From: an uncultured Methanoregulaceae archaeon
GTDB taxonomy: Archaea; Halobacteriota; Methanomicrobia; Methanomicrobiales; Methanospirillaceae
Length of the DNA: 64,000 bases
Assembly: GCA_963841015.1 (NCBI GenBank)
Contig: CAWJAX010000005.1
Span: forward strand, 533,855-597,854
Direction of reading: 5' to 3'
Each line of letters starts with the position of its first letter. Position 1 is the stretch's first letter. Below are positions 21,883-32,034 of this stretch, one piece after another. A model generated the notes under the pieces. That model saw only the letters and a list, made by a program, of their open reading frames with translations, made no database searches and was not told where the DNA came from. The position numbers and the translations under genes are program-made.

Positions 21883-22341
21883 TTATTTATTGAACTCCTT
21901 GATGGGGCTTGGTCCGAGTTCATTGATTGTTTTCACTACATCGGTGATGACGGCACCCCACTTGGCACCCTCGGATGCGGATACAAAGGTCATCCTGAAG
22001 CGGCGGTCATCAAGACCGATGCTCTTCATAAGGCGCTTGACCATGAACATACGCTTTGCACCTTTGTAGTTGCCTTCAAGATAATGGCAGTCACCGAAGT
22101 GGCAACCAGAGACAAGGACTCCATCTGCACCATCGGCAAATGCCTTGAGGACGAACAATGCATCAATACGTCCGGTACACATGACACGGACTACCCGGAC
22201 ATCTGGCGGGTACTGTATGCGGCCACCACCGGCAAGGTCTGCACCGGCATACGAGCACCAGTTACAGAGAATACCAAGTATTTTTGGCTGCCAGACTCCT
22301 GGCTCACGTTTTGGAATAGGGAATTCGGGTGCAGCTGACAT
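21883..22341 (-). CDS. mvhD: MvhD [2Fe-2S] subunit
   Basis: CNWCSYAGAD, VMCTGR, GCHFGDCHY. Confidence 0.96.
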   Translation of the reverse strand: MSAAPEFPIPKREPGVWQPKILGILCNWCSYAGADLAGGGRIQYPPDVRVVRVMCTGRIDALFVLKAFADGADGVLVSGCHFGDCHYLEGNYKGAKRMFMVKRLMKSIGLDDRRFRMTFVSASEGAKWGAVITDVVKTINELGPSPIKEFNK

Positions 22342-24467
22342 TACTGCTCACCTCCGAGCAGGAATGCATCGATCTGCGCCACGATCTGCGGGGTAGCAAA
22401 GTGATTCATCCAGATTGCCCCGCCGGGGCAGAAACCACCGCAGGTACCGCAACCCTTGCATTTGGCTTCGGTTACTTCCATAACTGTGCGACCATCCTTT
22501 TCTACAAGTGCAAGCGCACTGTAGGGACAGAGGCTGATGCACATACCGCAGCCTGCACACCGCTCTTCAATGCACATGGCAAAGTACGGCTCAAGTTCGA
22601 CCTCACCCGTGTGGATGGGGATACTTGCTGCAGATGCTGCACCTTCGGCAGATGCGACGGTATCAGGAATATCCTTTGGACCCTGGCAGACACCGGCAAG
22701 GAATACACCGGCAGTTGTCGTTCCGCAGGGGTTCAGCTTCGGGTGGGCTTCTAAGAGCCAGCCGTCCATTGAACAGGAAACCCCAAAGAGCTTGCGGGTC
22801 CTGTTGGTATCTGCTTTCGGCTGTACTGCCGCTGCAAGAACCACGAGATCGACTTCCATATCAACCGGTCGGTTCAGCAGGGTATCATCTGTATAGACAT
22901 GAAGGTTCTTGGTTGCCGGGTCCTCGAGTATGTTTGCAACACGCCCGCGGATGAACTTGGCACCCTCGTCCTGGATACGGTAATAGAACTCCTCGTACAT
23001 CTTACCGAACGAACGGATATCCATGTAGAAGAGATATGCCTGTACACCGGGTATCTTCTCATATATCTGGTGGGCGTGTTTTAAGGAATACATGCAGCAG
23101 AACCGCGAACAGTACGGTTTGCCATTGCCCGTGTTATCACGGGAGCCGGCACACAGCACGAAGGCGACTCTCTTGGGTGTTTCCCCGTCGCTTGGTCGTA
23201 CAAGGTGACCGCTGGTCGGACCGGATGCACAGATGAGGCGCTCAAACTCAAGGCTCGAGATGACATTTTCGAACTTCTTGTATCCCCATTCTGTTTTGTT
23301 CTCGACTGGGAACATGTCGTAACCCGTTGCGAGAATTGCTGTCCCGACTTTGACCTTGACAAATTCGTCCTTATCCTCAAGAACAATGGCATTCTTCTCG
23401 GGACCGCAGGCGGTAACGCACAGCCCGCATTTTATGCAGGAGTCAAAATCGATCGTGTAGAGAAGTGGTACAACCTGCGGGTGACTGATGTAGATTGCCT
23501 TTCGGGGCTTCATACCCACTTCGAAGTCATTGGGTTTGATAACCGGGCACGGTGCTTCACAGTCACCGCAGCCGTTACAGCCGCCACCGACCATACCTTT
23601 CGCTGCTGCATCCGCCATGGAGAGGACACCGCGTGCCTTCTTGCGGATGGTCACATCGAAGTTGCCGATGTAACCTTCGACTGAATCAACCTCTGAGTAG
23701 GTCATCAGCTCGATATTTGCGGCTCTGCCTACATCCACCATCTTTGGTGTTAAGATACACTGCGAGCAGTCGAGGGTCGGGAATGTCTTGTCCAGCTGGG
23801 ACATGCGCCCGCCAATGGTGGGGGATGATTCAATGAGGTAGGTCTTGATCCCTGCATTTGCGAGGTCAAGGGCTGCCTGCATACCGGCAACGCCGGCGCC
23901 GACTACCATCGCCGCGTGCTCAACCTTCACTGCCTTCGGGAACAGGTCCTGCAGGAGTGATGCTTTTGCGACCGCAATCCTGATAGCGTCTTTTGCCTTG
24001 TCTGTTGACCCTTCCTGGTCATGCATGTGCACCCACGAGTTCTGCTCGCGGATGTTTGCCATCTCAAACCGGAACGGGTTCAGGCCACCTTCTTTTGTTG
24101 CTGTCCTGAATGTTGGTTCGTGAAGACGTGGTGAACATGCTGCCACAACGACCCCGGTAAGGTTGTTGTCCTTGATTGCCTTGTTAATTACAGCCTGCCC
24201 GGGCATCGAGCACATATACTTGTAATTGTCAACATAGGCGACATTCGGGATGGTTTTTGCATATTCCCCCACGGCCTCGATATCCATGGAACCGGCAATG
24301 TTGGTACCGCAGTGACAGATAAAGACACCAACACGTGGCTGTTCTTTTGAGGTACTGCCGACTGATGGGGCTGCCTGCTTTTTGGCTTCCTGTTTTACGG
24401 GGGCTTCCTGTTTCTTTGCTTCCGTCTTTTTGGTAGTTGTTTTCTTCTTTTCGGCCATTATTCCCAC
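22341..24467 (-). CDS. hdrA: Heterodisulfide reductase subunit A
   Basis: FICHCGTNIAG, VVGAGVAG, DKTFPTLDCSQC, YCSRFCCMY, C-terminal ferredoxin. Confidence 0.97.
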   Translation of the reverse strand: MGIMAEKKKTTTKKTEAKKQEAPVKQEAKKQAAPSVGSTSKEQPRVGVFICHCGTNIAGSMDIEAVGEYAKTIPNVAYVDNYKYMCSMPGQAVINKAIKDNNLTGVVVAACSPRLHEPTFRTATKEGGLNPFRFEMANIREQNSWVHMHDQEGSTDKAKDAIRIAVAKASLLQDLFPKAVKVEHAAMVVGAGVAGMQAALDLANAGIKTYLIESSPTIGGRMSQLDKTFPTLDCSQCILTPKMVDVGRAANIELMTYSEVDSVEGYIGNFDVTIRKKARGVLSMADAAAKGMVGGGCNGCGDCEAPCPVIKPNDFEVGMKPRKAIYISHPQVVPLLYTIDFDSCIKCGLCVTACGPEKNAIVLEDKDEFVKVKVGTAILATGYDMFPVENKTEWGYKKFENVISSLEFERLICASGPTSGHLVRPSDGETPKRVAFVLCAGSRDNTGNGKPYCSRFCCMYSLKHAHQIYEKIPGVQAYLFYMDIRSFGKMYEEFYYRIQDEGAKFIRGRVANILEDPATKNLHVYTDDTLLNRPVDMEVDLVVLAAAVQPKADTNRTRKLFGVSCSMDGWLLEAHPKLNPCGTTTAGVFLAGVCQGPKDIPDTVASAEGAASAASIPIHTGEVELEPYFAMCIEERCAGCGMCISLCPYSALALVEKDGRTVMEVTEAKCKGCGTCGGFCPGGAIWMNHFATPQIVAQIDAFLLGGEQ

Positions 24468-24468
24468 C

Positions 24469-25386
24469 TCACAGCACCTTCTGCAGGAACGGTTCGCAGC
24501 TGATCCCGTGGAGGTCCAGCCCGAGGTCCTGCGGACTCATTCCCTGTGCCAGTCCGAGTAGTTCAGCAAAGTGCAGTACGGGTAAATTGTATGACACGCC
24601 AAACTTTTCCTGAATTTCAATCTGGCCACGGTCAAACTGGAGCTGACAGAACGGGCAGATGTCCGTAAGAGCGTCAACCTTCGCCTCTTTGAGGTTGATC
24701 AGCTTTTCGTTGGCGATGTCCAGCGCATGTACAATATCGTAGCCACGGACACCCCCACCGGCACCGCAGCACTGCATTTTATTGCGGTATTCGACCGGTG
24801 TTGCACCGATTGCAGCAACCAGCTCTTCCATCCACGTCGGGTGCTCGGTGTTCAGCATGACCTCATCTTCAAACTCCCGGTCTTTGTGGGGTTTTGTCAG
24901 GTGACAGCCATAGTGAACAGCGATACGTGCACCCGTGAGAGGGTTGGTCACGCTGGCGCGGACTTTCTCGACACCAATGAATTTGTCGTTGTAGAGAAGC
25001 TCGGCGGTATGGTAGACATTGATCGTGCCCTTGTACTCCATATCGATTTCTTTGAGCACTTCATTGACCCCATCACGGAGGTCCTTGTTGTGCTTGAGCT
25101 TGTGGTTGACTTCCCAGATCGATTTATAGCAGCCGTTGCAGACAAGAGCGATATCCATTTTCATCTGTTCAGCAAGGACAAGGTTGCGGGCTGCCATTGC
25201 GTAAAAGACATTGAGATCAATCGATCCAAAAGCACCTGGTGCGGGGCAGCAGCTTGCACCCTTGAGAGGAACCAGCTCAACGCCAAGTTTTTTCATGGCC
25301 TTGATGGAAGCGGATTCAACACCCGGGTAACGGTTGGGGGCGATACAGCCAAGATAGAATGCGAATTTGTGTTTTGCTTCTGACAT
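24469..25386 (-). CDS. hdrB: Heterodisulfide reductase subunit B
   Basis: Two CCG-type domains (SCCPAPG; CCGAGGG...CPFCQLQFD). Confidence 0.97.
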   Translation of the reverse strand: MSEAKHKFAFYLGCIAPNRYPGVESASIKAMKKLGVELVPLKGASCCPAPGAFGSIDLNVFYAMAARNLVLAEQMKMDIALVCNGCYKSIWEVNHKLKHNKDLRDGVNEVLKEIDMEYKGTINVYHTAELLYNDKFIGVEKVRASVTNPLTGARIAVHYGCHLTKPHKDREFEDEVMLNTEHPTWMEELVAAIGATPVEYRNKMQCCGAGGGVRGYDIVHALDIANEKLINLKEAKVDALTDICPFCQLQFDRGQIEIQEKFGVSYNLPVLHFAELLGLAQGMSPQDLGLDLHGISCEPFLQKVL

Positions 25387-25392
25387 GGTATC

Positions 25393-25974
25393 TTACCCCT
25401 CCCTTTCCTTGACAATCCGGTCGGCATTTGCTTTGAGTTTGTAGTGGTCCAGAATCTTCTGGATACCCTTGACGTATTCCGGATACATGTGGGTGGTCGG
25501 CGGGTCACGGGAAAGTCCAATCCTCTCGCGGGCAGCACGGTTCACATCATTGTTGGGCACACCGTGTCCTGAACTGTAAATCGCCTGCACGGTCTTGAGG
25601 AAGTTCACGGGAATGATGTCTCTCTTGAAGGCGAGATTCCTCATTGCCATAATGACATCTGTTGGTGCGATATCACGGGGGCATCTGTCAGTACAGCTGT
25701 AACACGTTGTGCAGAGCCAGAGATCCGGATCCGTGAGGGACTCGTTCTCGAGACCGAGCACCGCTCTCCTCATAAATTTTCGGATGCGGTACGTGCTCCG
25801 GGGAGCAGACGGGCACGATCCGGTACAGGTTCCGCACTGGTAGCACATATGGGCGATGGTGCGTGAGATTCCTTTCACGTTTTTCGTGAATTCCGGGTTT
25901 GCGTCATCATTGAAATATCGTTGGTCGCGGAGTTTCTTCTCCAGCGCTTCCGGGTAACCTTTTGATCTAACCAT
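25393..25974 (-). CDS. hdrC: Heterodisulfide reductase subunit C
   Basis: CYQCGTCTGSCP and WLCTTCYSCTDRCPR. Confidence 0.96.
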   Translation of the reverse strand: MVRSKGYPEALEKKLRDQRYFNDDANPEFTKNVKGISRTIAHMCYQCGTCTGSCPSAPRSTYRIRKFMRRAVLGLENESLTDPDLWLCTTCYSCTDRCPRDIAPTDVIMAMRNLAFKRDIIPVNFLKTVQAIYSSGHGVPNNDVNRAARERIGLSRDPPTTHMYPEYVKGIQKILDHYKLKANADRIVKEREG

Positions 25975-25983
25975 AGTACTCCC

Positions 25984-27174
25984 TCACGCCTTCTCCATTA
26001 CTTTGAGATTGACCTGTCCTTTCACGTCTTCTTTCACTTTTGAAGTTCGCTTCGTGAAAAGTTTCTCTTTTATCTTCTTGAACAGGTCTGTTTCCGTACC
26101 CTTTACGCGGACGCCGGTCCTCTGCATGACTATGATATCCTCACCGGGACATGCATTGACACAGGCACCGCACAGGATACAATAGTCCTTGTTAACGGCA
26201 ATGGTCGGCTCTACCACGCCCTTCATGTCGGCCGCAGGCTTTGCTGTCGGGAGATAGATCGCATTTGCCGGGCAGATTTCGATGCAGGTCGAGCAGCCTC
26301 CGGGACATTTCTCGGCATGGAACTCGATATCTCCTTCAAAAATCTTCTCAACCGTTATTGCCTCGGGCGGGCAGTTCCGCGAACACCACTGGCAGGTGCA
26401 GCAGTTGTCCTGGATAATGCTGACCTTTCCGTCAATTTTATCGCTGATAACTTCGCGCTCGACAGTGATGCACTCTTCGGGACATGCTTCAACACATACC
26501 TTGCACGCATCACATTTGGACTCTTCCCACGGGAGCCCGGTGACCGGGTCAGCAACTGACTCGACCTTTCCGGTTTCTGCGGTGAACTCCTTGTGTTTGA
26601 CGGTGATTGCCGGGCAGAGTGCGCCACAAATACCGCACAGCGAACATTTTTCCATATCGACTTTAAACGTCGTCTTGGTTTTGATCGCAGCCTGCCGGTC
26701 TTTTGCTCCGCTTACCGGTCCTTTATAGGTTCCTTCGTAGGCAGGGACGTTCCGGTCAATTGCATCACGGGGGCAGACCTCTTCACAGATCGTGCACCGG
26801 GTGCATTTCTCGTCATCAATCTCCGCCTTCATATCATATTGCGGGAACCCTTCCTTCTCAAGGATCGGAAGTTTCTCCTGTCCATCAACTTTCAGAGTCA
26901 ATGCATTGAACGGGCACATTACGACGCATACGCCGCAATACGAGCACTTGACCTCGTCAACATCGACCGGTGCAGCGTAATTGATTGCACCACGCCTTGA
27001 TGCACCGACGAGCCCGAGCACAATTGCTTCTTCGGGGCAAGCCTCGACACAGATACCACATCCTGTGCAGGTCTCTGAATTCAGAATGAGGTTGTTCACG
27101 CTCTGAAGGAGGCGCTGCTCCATTACAACGTTAACACCCTCTCGCTTTTTAGAAAACTTTGGAAACAATGCCAT
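25984..27174 (-). CDS. fwdF: Polyferredoxin FwdF
   Basis: About eight CxxCxxCxxxCP motifs; operon context. Confidence 0.9.
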   Translation of the reverse strand: MALFPKFSKKREGVNVVMEQRLLQSVNNLILNSETCTGCGICVEACPEEAIVLGLVGASRRGAINYAAPVDVDEVKCSYCGVCVVMCPFNALTLKVDGQEKLPILEKEGFPQYDMKAEIDDEKCTRCTICEEVCPRDAIDRNVPAYEGTYKGPVSGAKDRQAAIKTKTTFKVDMEKCSLCGICGALCPAITVKHKEFTAETGKVESVADPVTGLPWEESKCDACKVCVEACPEECITVEREVISDKIDGKVSIIQDNCCTCQWCSRNCPPEAITVEKIFEGDIEFHAEKCPGGCSTCIEICPANAIYLPTAKPAADMKGVVEPTIAVNKDYCILCGACVNACPGEDIIVMQRTGVRVKGTETDLFKKIKEKLFTKRTSKVKEDVKGQVNLKVMEKA

Positions 27175-27198
27175 GAATAAACCCTCAACCTTGTTCCT

Positions 27199-27465
27199 TT
27201 ATTGTACCTTTGCCTGTGCTCTGGACTCCCAGGGCCCTGTCAGCTTGATAACATCATGCGGGCATGCCTGGACACAAACGCCGCAACCGGCGCAGAGTTC
27301 ACCTTTAAAATCAAGCACTATGGATTTCCCATCCTTGACTTTGTAGATCTTTTCCTTTGAGGAAGGATCCACCGTGTGAAGCTCCAAAGCGTCCACAGGG
27401 CACGCGACGACACAATTGTTACAGCCGGTACAATTTTCCATGTTTATGTGCACTGCAAATGCCAT
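27199..27465 (-). CDS. fwdG: 2x[4Fe-4S] ferredoxin, FwdG-like
   Basis: CTGCNNCVVACP and CAGCGVCVQACP; first gene of the operon. Confidence 0.8.
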   Translation of the reverse strand: MAFAVHINMENCTGCNNCVVACPVDALELHTVDPSSKEKIYKVKDGKSIVLDFKGELCAGCGVCVQACPHDVIKLTGPWESRAQAKVQ

Positions 27466-27729
27466 TTTTTTTCACGCACCAGCTATGATCGATTTCAAAA
27501 ATCGACTATCAAAAAGTGGTCGAAGAAGATAGATAAATGTTCTGAAATAAGCCCATAAAAAAGGGGAATTTATTCAGGATTTTTAATTTTTATAAATATA
27601 CTCTTGAATCATGTTAATTTAAAAAAATTTACTCAATTCGCCATTTTCCATGCGCTGTATAAACCGGATTAAATTAGAAAATTTATTCAATAAACATCAT
27701 TGTACCTTTGTAGTACCGGAGGTTATCAA

Positions 27730-28614
27730 ATGGAAATCAACGGAGTTACTATTGATAATACGTACGCAGAGGCATTCCCGACCTGGGTCTGCCGTGTAAT
27801 CATCACTGCGGTGACGAAGGAATGGGCAGAGAAAGCAGCAACGGAAGCAACCGGATTTGCAACATCGTCTATTGGCTGCCCATGCGAGGCAGGAATTGAA
27901 GGATTTGTGCCGGCAAGTGAGACTCCCGATGGAAGACCGGGTGTTGCCATCCTGATCTGTGCCAGCAAGAAGAAACTCAAGGAACAGGTCGTGGAACGCC
28001 TTGCAGAATGTGTCCTCACTGCACCTACCACAGCAGTTTTTAACGGGATCACCAATGCAGAGGAAAAAATCCCGGTCAAGCTTCACTTCTTTGGTGATGG
28101 CTACGAATACCAGAAAGAGGTAGGCGGGAGAAAGTGCTGGGCTATTCCCATTATGCAGGGTGAATACGTTGGCGAAGAGGAGTTTGGCATCGTCAAGGGT
28201 GTTGCCGGCGGAAACTTCTTTGTGATGGGTGAGAACCAGATGGCAGCTCTCATGGGAGCAAAAGCTGCAGTTGACGCGATTGACAGGGTGCCGGGCACTA
28301 TCACGAGTTTCCCGGGTGGTATTGTCGGGAGCGGTTCAAAAGTGGGCAGCCTGAAATACAAGTTCATGATTGCTTCGACCAATGAGAAGTACTGTCCGAC
28401 ACTCCGGGAAAAAGTTGCTGACACCAAGGTCCCGGCTGGAATCAAGGCAGTCTATGAGATTGTTATTGACGGGATTGATGAGAAGTCTGTTGCAGCGGCA
28501 ATGGGAGCCGGTGTCAGGGCAGCTGTCATGGTTCCGGGCGTGAAGTTCATCTCTGCTGGAAACTTTGGCGGTACTCTTGGACCATTTAAGATTGATCTGC
28601 ACAAAGTGCTCTGA
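27730..28614 (+). CDS. ftr: Formylmethanofuran:H4MPT formyltransferase
   Basis: MEINGVTIDNTYAEAF, TPDGRPG, GVAGGNF, SAGNFGG. Confidence 0.97.
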   Translation: MEINGVTIDNTYAEAFPTWVCRVIITAVTKEWAEKAATEATGFATSSIGCPCEAGIEGFVPASETPDGRPGVAILICASKKKLKEQVVERLAECVLTAPTTAVFNGITNAEEKIPVKLHFFGDGYEYQKEVGGRKCWAIPIMQGEYVGEEEFGIVKGVAGGNFFVMGENQMAALMGAKAAVDAIDRVPGTITSFPGGIVGSGSKVGSLKYKFMIASTNEKYCPTLREKVADTKVPAGIKAVYEIVIDGIDEKSVAAAMGAGVRAAVMVPGVKFISAGNFGGTLGPFKIDLHKVL

Positions 28615-28918
28615 AATTTTCTCTTTTTTTAATTTATTGCGATCACATCGATCGTTATTTATATTTTTATTGCCGATTCTTTTGTTAACGAAATTTTCGG
28701 CGATAACATGATCACCCTGACACACAAGGACGTGAATCCCCGATTCCGACCTCTTTTCAGCCCGATCTTTCGCCTGGGGGTTGGCGGATTCAATGGTACC
28801 TCAGCGATCATCGGACGATGCATTGCCCGAAGCACCAGTACAGCGGATATGATGAACCGATTGTGTACCTGGGATGGGGTAATACAGGAAATCAAAGGAA
28901 TTGAGATGGCTGGACACT

Positions 28919-29815
28919 ATGACGAACATCCCTGAACCGTATGTCATACACTACCCGCGGATTGTGGCAGTAGCTGATGAAGCAGGCAGTCATGTGGAGC
29001 TCATTGAGTTCTTTGACTGTGTTGGCGGGGCAATGTGGTCAAAGCACCACTATGCCCAAAGCCCGGTGGTAAAAAATGTCCGCTGTGTTGGCCAGACCAT
29101 GCGGTACCTCTTAACCACGGGTACCGTGGACCTTGCTCTTGAAGGATCCAGGTTTCCGGCCGGTATCTCCTCGTGCATTGTCGAAAAATCTGAGATCGCT
29201 GTCACCTACATCGGAATGGGTGGGGGCGGGGTAGGTGCAGCAGCATGCCGTTCTGATGCAGCTGGTGTCCTGCGGAGCAGGTGCGATGAATCCGGGGGTG
29301 GGAAAGTTGCCGGTTCCACGATATGGCTGCCCCGCATGCAGCGGGTTCTCATTGGTGTCGATGATACTGATACCCCTGACGAGGGAGCCACGTGGACGCT
29401 TGTCCATAATATTGCAAAAGCGGTTGAGGATGAGCATTCGGTATACCTCTCGCACACGATAGTCCAGCTCTTCCCGGTGCCGTACCGTACCAAGAACTGT
29501 GTGAGTCTTGTGGCAGAGTTCGCGACAACGGATACCAAGGGACTGACAGAAAGGTTCCGGCAACTCCTCGAACGGTACACTCTCTCCCAAAAAACGGGGA
29601 TGGCAGTCTATACCGGGTTTACACTCTCAGAAAAACTGCTTGAATACGGGCGAAATGTCAAACGGGGAGAGATTAAACCGGGAGTGCTCGGAGGCCTGGA
29701 TGACAAAAACCTGCAGATAATACTGGATGGCAGGGGCATAATCGGGGCGGTTGCCGCCATCCCTTTTTACACCCGGTACGAGGAGGCGCTGGAATTATGC
29801 AGTGGACGGACCTGA
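28919..29815 (+). CDS. mmp11: Methanogenesis marker protein 11 (TiaS-like/DUF1743 C-terminal domain)
   Basis: VELIEFFDC, Y.GMGGGGVGA, IGVDDTD...GATW, QLFPVPYRTKNC. Confidence 0.85.
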   Translation: MTNIPEPYVIHYPRIVAVADEAGSHVELIEFFDCVGGAMWSKHHYAQSPVVKNVRCVGQTMRYLLTTGTVDLALEGSRFPAGISSCIVEKSEIAVTYIGMGGGGVGAAACRSDAAGVLRSRCDESGGGKVAGSTIWLPRMQRVLIGVDDTDTPDEGATWTLVHNIAKAVEDEHSVYLSHTIVQLFPVPYRTKNCVSLVAEFATTDTKGLTERFRQLLERYTLSQKTGMAVYTGFTLSEKLLEYGRNVKRGEIKPGVLGGLDDKNLQIILDGRGIIGAVAAIPFYTRYEEALELCSGRT

Positions 29816-30766
29816 AAGCCCGGCTTCTGGCGGTTGGTCAGGCACACCTGACCGGTGAACCGGCAGAAAACTATATCGCCCGTTCAGCTGCAGGTACCCG
29901 GTGCCGGTGGCAGCGGTGCAGTTTTTTTTGCCATGGGAAGTCACCGGGTCAAGCTTGCGCTCAGCCCGGTAAGCAGTATCGAGATTGCACACCGTGGCAA
30001 CGGAACTGCCGATCTGTTCTTTGAAGGACAGAAAATCTCCGGACACCTGCTGGAACCCGGGTTCCATTGCCCTGATCAGGCTTTTATCACCGTGACCGGC
30101 AGCTGCATTTTTTCCTGCAGCTATTGTTCCGTCCCCCGGATCGGGGGAAAACGCAAGACCATCAAAGAGATCACAGCGATGGTGGAATCGGTACGTGACC
30201 ATATCCATGCAATCTCCATAACAAGCGGGGTCCTCACGAGCATTGAAGAAGAAGAGGCCTATGTTCTTGAAGTGGTAAAACACCTCGCTTCGTTTAACCT
30301 GCCTGTTGGTGTCTCCATCTACCCGACCACAACGACACCCGACCGGTTAAAGGAGCTGGGCGTGGCTGAGGTGAAATTCAATCTCGAAGCGGCAACCCCG
30401 GAACTGTTTTCTCAGATGTGCCCGGGTCTGGATTACGGGGTACTCTGGCAGGTACTGGATCGCTCGGTGAAGCTGTTCGGGAAAAACCGTGTCTTTTCCA
30501 ATGTCATCATAGGCCTGGGGGAGACTGATGCGGAGCTGGAAACCTGTATCCAGAAGCTGACAGCGCTCGGGGTGATTCCGGTTCTGCGCCCACTCAATCC
30601 GGTAGCCGGGCTTGCAGGCTCACCACGGCCATCTGCACAACGGCTGATGAAAATCTTTGCCATACATGCACGGGCTCTTGACCAGGCTGGTCTTGATCCA
30701 AAACTTGCAGTTACGATGTGCACGAATTGTGCAGGTTGTGATCTCGTGCCGGGGAGGGACCAATGA
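29797..30766 (+). CDS. Radical SAM protein, biotin-synthase-related (frameshift near 29896)
   Basis: CIFSCSYC; NVIIGLGETD; additional C-terminal CTNCAGC; N-terminus MQWTDLKARLL in another frame. Confidence 0.85.
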
Positions 30767-32034
30767 AAGGGGTTGACGTAATCACCCGGGCAATCCTTGC
30801 CTGCACCGACCGGCAGTATACCGTGCCGGGTTTTCCCATCACTGAGCTTGGTGAGCGGACAGGAGCGGAACTGGTGATCAACGAGAAGACTGCGCTGGAA
30901 TATGCACTCGGGGATTCCCTCTCTGGCAGGAGGGCCGCGGTTATCATCAAAAATGTCGGGGTGAACGCGTGTGCCGATCCCCTGCTCCAGGCAACAGCGC
31001 AGGGGCTCATAGGGGGGGTGATCCTTGTAGCCGGGGATGACCCGGAAGCAAAAGGTTCACAGACCTCCCAGGACTCACGCTACTTCGGGGAGCTTGCGGA
31101 ACTCCCGGTGATAGAACCGGATGAAACCACCTGTTATGCCGGTGTGGAGGCGGCGCTTGAAGCCTCCGAGGAGTTCTCCCGGGTAGCCATGCTCCGCCTG
31201 ACACCACAGATCCTGGAACAGGAGGTAACAGGTAATCCTGTTCCCCGGAATGACCGGCGAGGGAGGCTCTCCGACCGGACCTGGACTATGAACGGCAGGG
31301 TCACTGCAGCAGAGGAGCTGTACCGCACGATGTTTGCCTGGTCAGACCGGTCAGCCCTGAACCAGTGGAAGGGAGAACCCGCCGGTGTTGGTGCAGCAGA
31401 GGGGAATACCCGGATAGTGACCGTGAATCCTCTGCCGTTGCAGGCTGCCGGGATGCACAATGTGCATGAACAGGGCCGGACCTTTGTCCGTGACCACCGT
31501 GGTATCCAGCCACCGCTTCCCCAGAAACGCCCCCAGGCGATGGAGGACCGCGGATACTACCGCACATTCTGCACCTCATGCCCGTTTAAACCCTTCATGA
31601 ATATCGTAAAGGAACGGAACATGAAGATGATCTGCGATGCCGGGTGTTCCGTGCTGGGAATGAATCCGCCGTATGATCTGGGTGTGGCAAGTTATGGTAT
31701 GGGTGCGAGCATCGCGGTAGCCGCACGGAGTACGCAGGTTGCCCTTATCGGTGATTATGCCCTCCTGCACTCCGGTCTGAACGCACTCATCGATGTCTAT
31801 GAGAAGCGGCTCCCGCTGCTCTGCATAGTAATGAATAACAAATGCACCGCAATGACCGGCAAACAGCCGGCCTATAATCCTGTGCCCTATATCCGCTGGG
31901 CAGACCCGGTTATCTGCAGTGCCGATGACGAACCGATGCTGAAACAGGAGCTTGTGGTCACGGACAGGCCGCGAACGCTGGTGATTGAAGGGACCTGTCC
32001 GGGAGGAAGCAGCCATGAAACCGTGGAATATTGA
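30763..32034 (+). CDS. ThDP-dependent enzyme, truncated IorA-like
   Basis: TVPGFP, INEKTALEYA, AGDDP...SQ..QDSR, FCTSCP, GDYALLHSG...NN; no C-terminal ferredoxin domain. Confidence 0.85.
   Translation: MKGVDVITRAILACTDRQYTVPGFPITELGERTGAELVINEKTALEYALGDSLSGRRAAVIIKNVGVNACADPLLQATAQGLIGGVILVAGDDPEAKGSQTSQDSRYFGELAELPVIEPDETTCYAGVEAALEASEEFSRVAMLRLTPQILEQEVTGNPVPRNDRRGRLSDRTWTMNGRVTAAEELYRTMFAWSDRSALNQWKGEPAGVGAAEGNTRIVTVNPLPLQAAGMHNVHEQGRTFVRDHRGIQPPLPQKRPQAMEDRGYYRTFCTSCPFKPFMNIVKERNMKMICDAGCSVLGMNPPYDLGVASYGMGASIAVAARSTQVALIGDYALLHSGLNALIDVYEKRLPLLCIVMNNKCTAMTGKQPAYNPVPYIRWADPVICSADDEPMLKQELVVTDRPRTLVIEGTCPGGSSHETVEY

Noticed and set aside
20021-24467. Selenocysteine or pyrrolysine recoding in fwdB, mvhD or hdrA
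   Set aside because: The ORFs are uninterrupted, with Cys at the relevant positions
28659-28935. Small ORFs and an ATGATGA box between ftr and mmp11
   Set aside because: No recognisable domain and no matching D box
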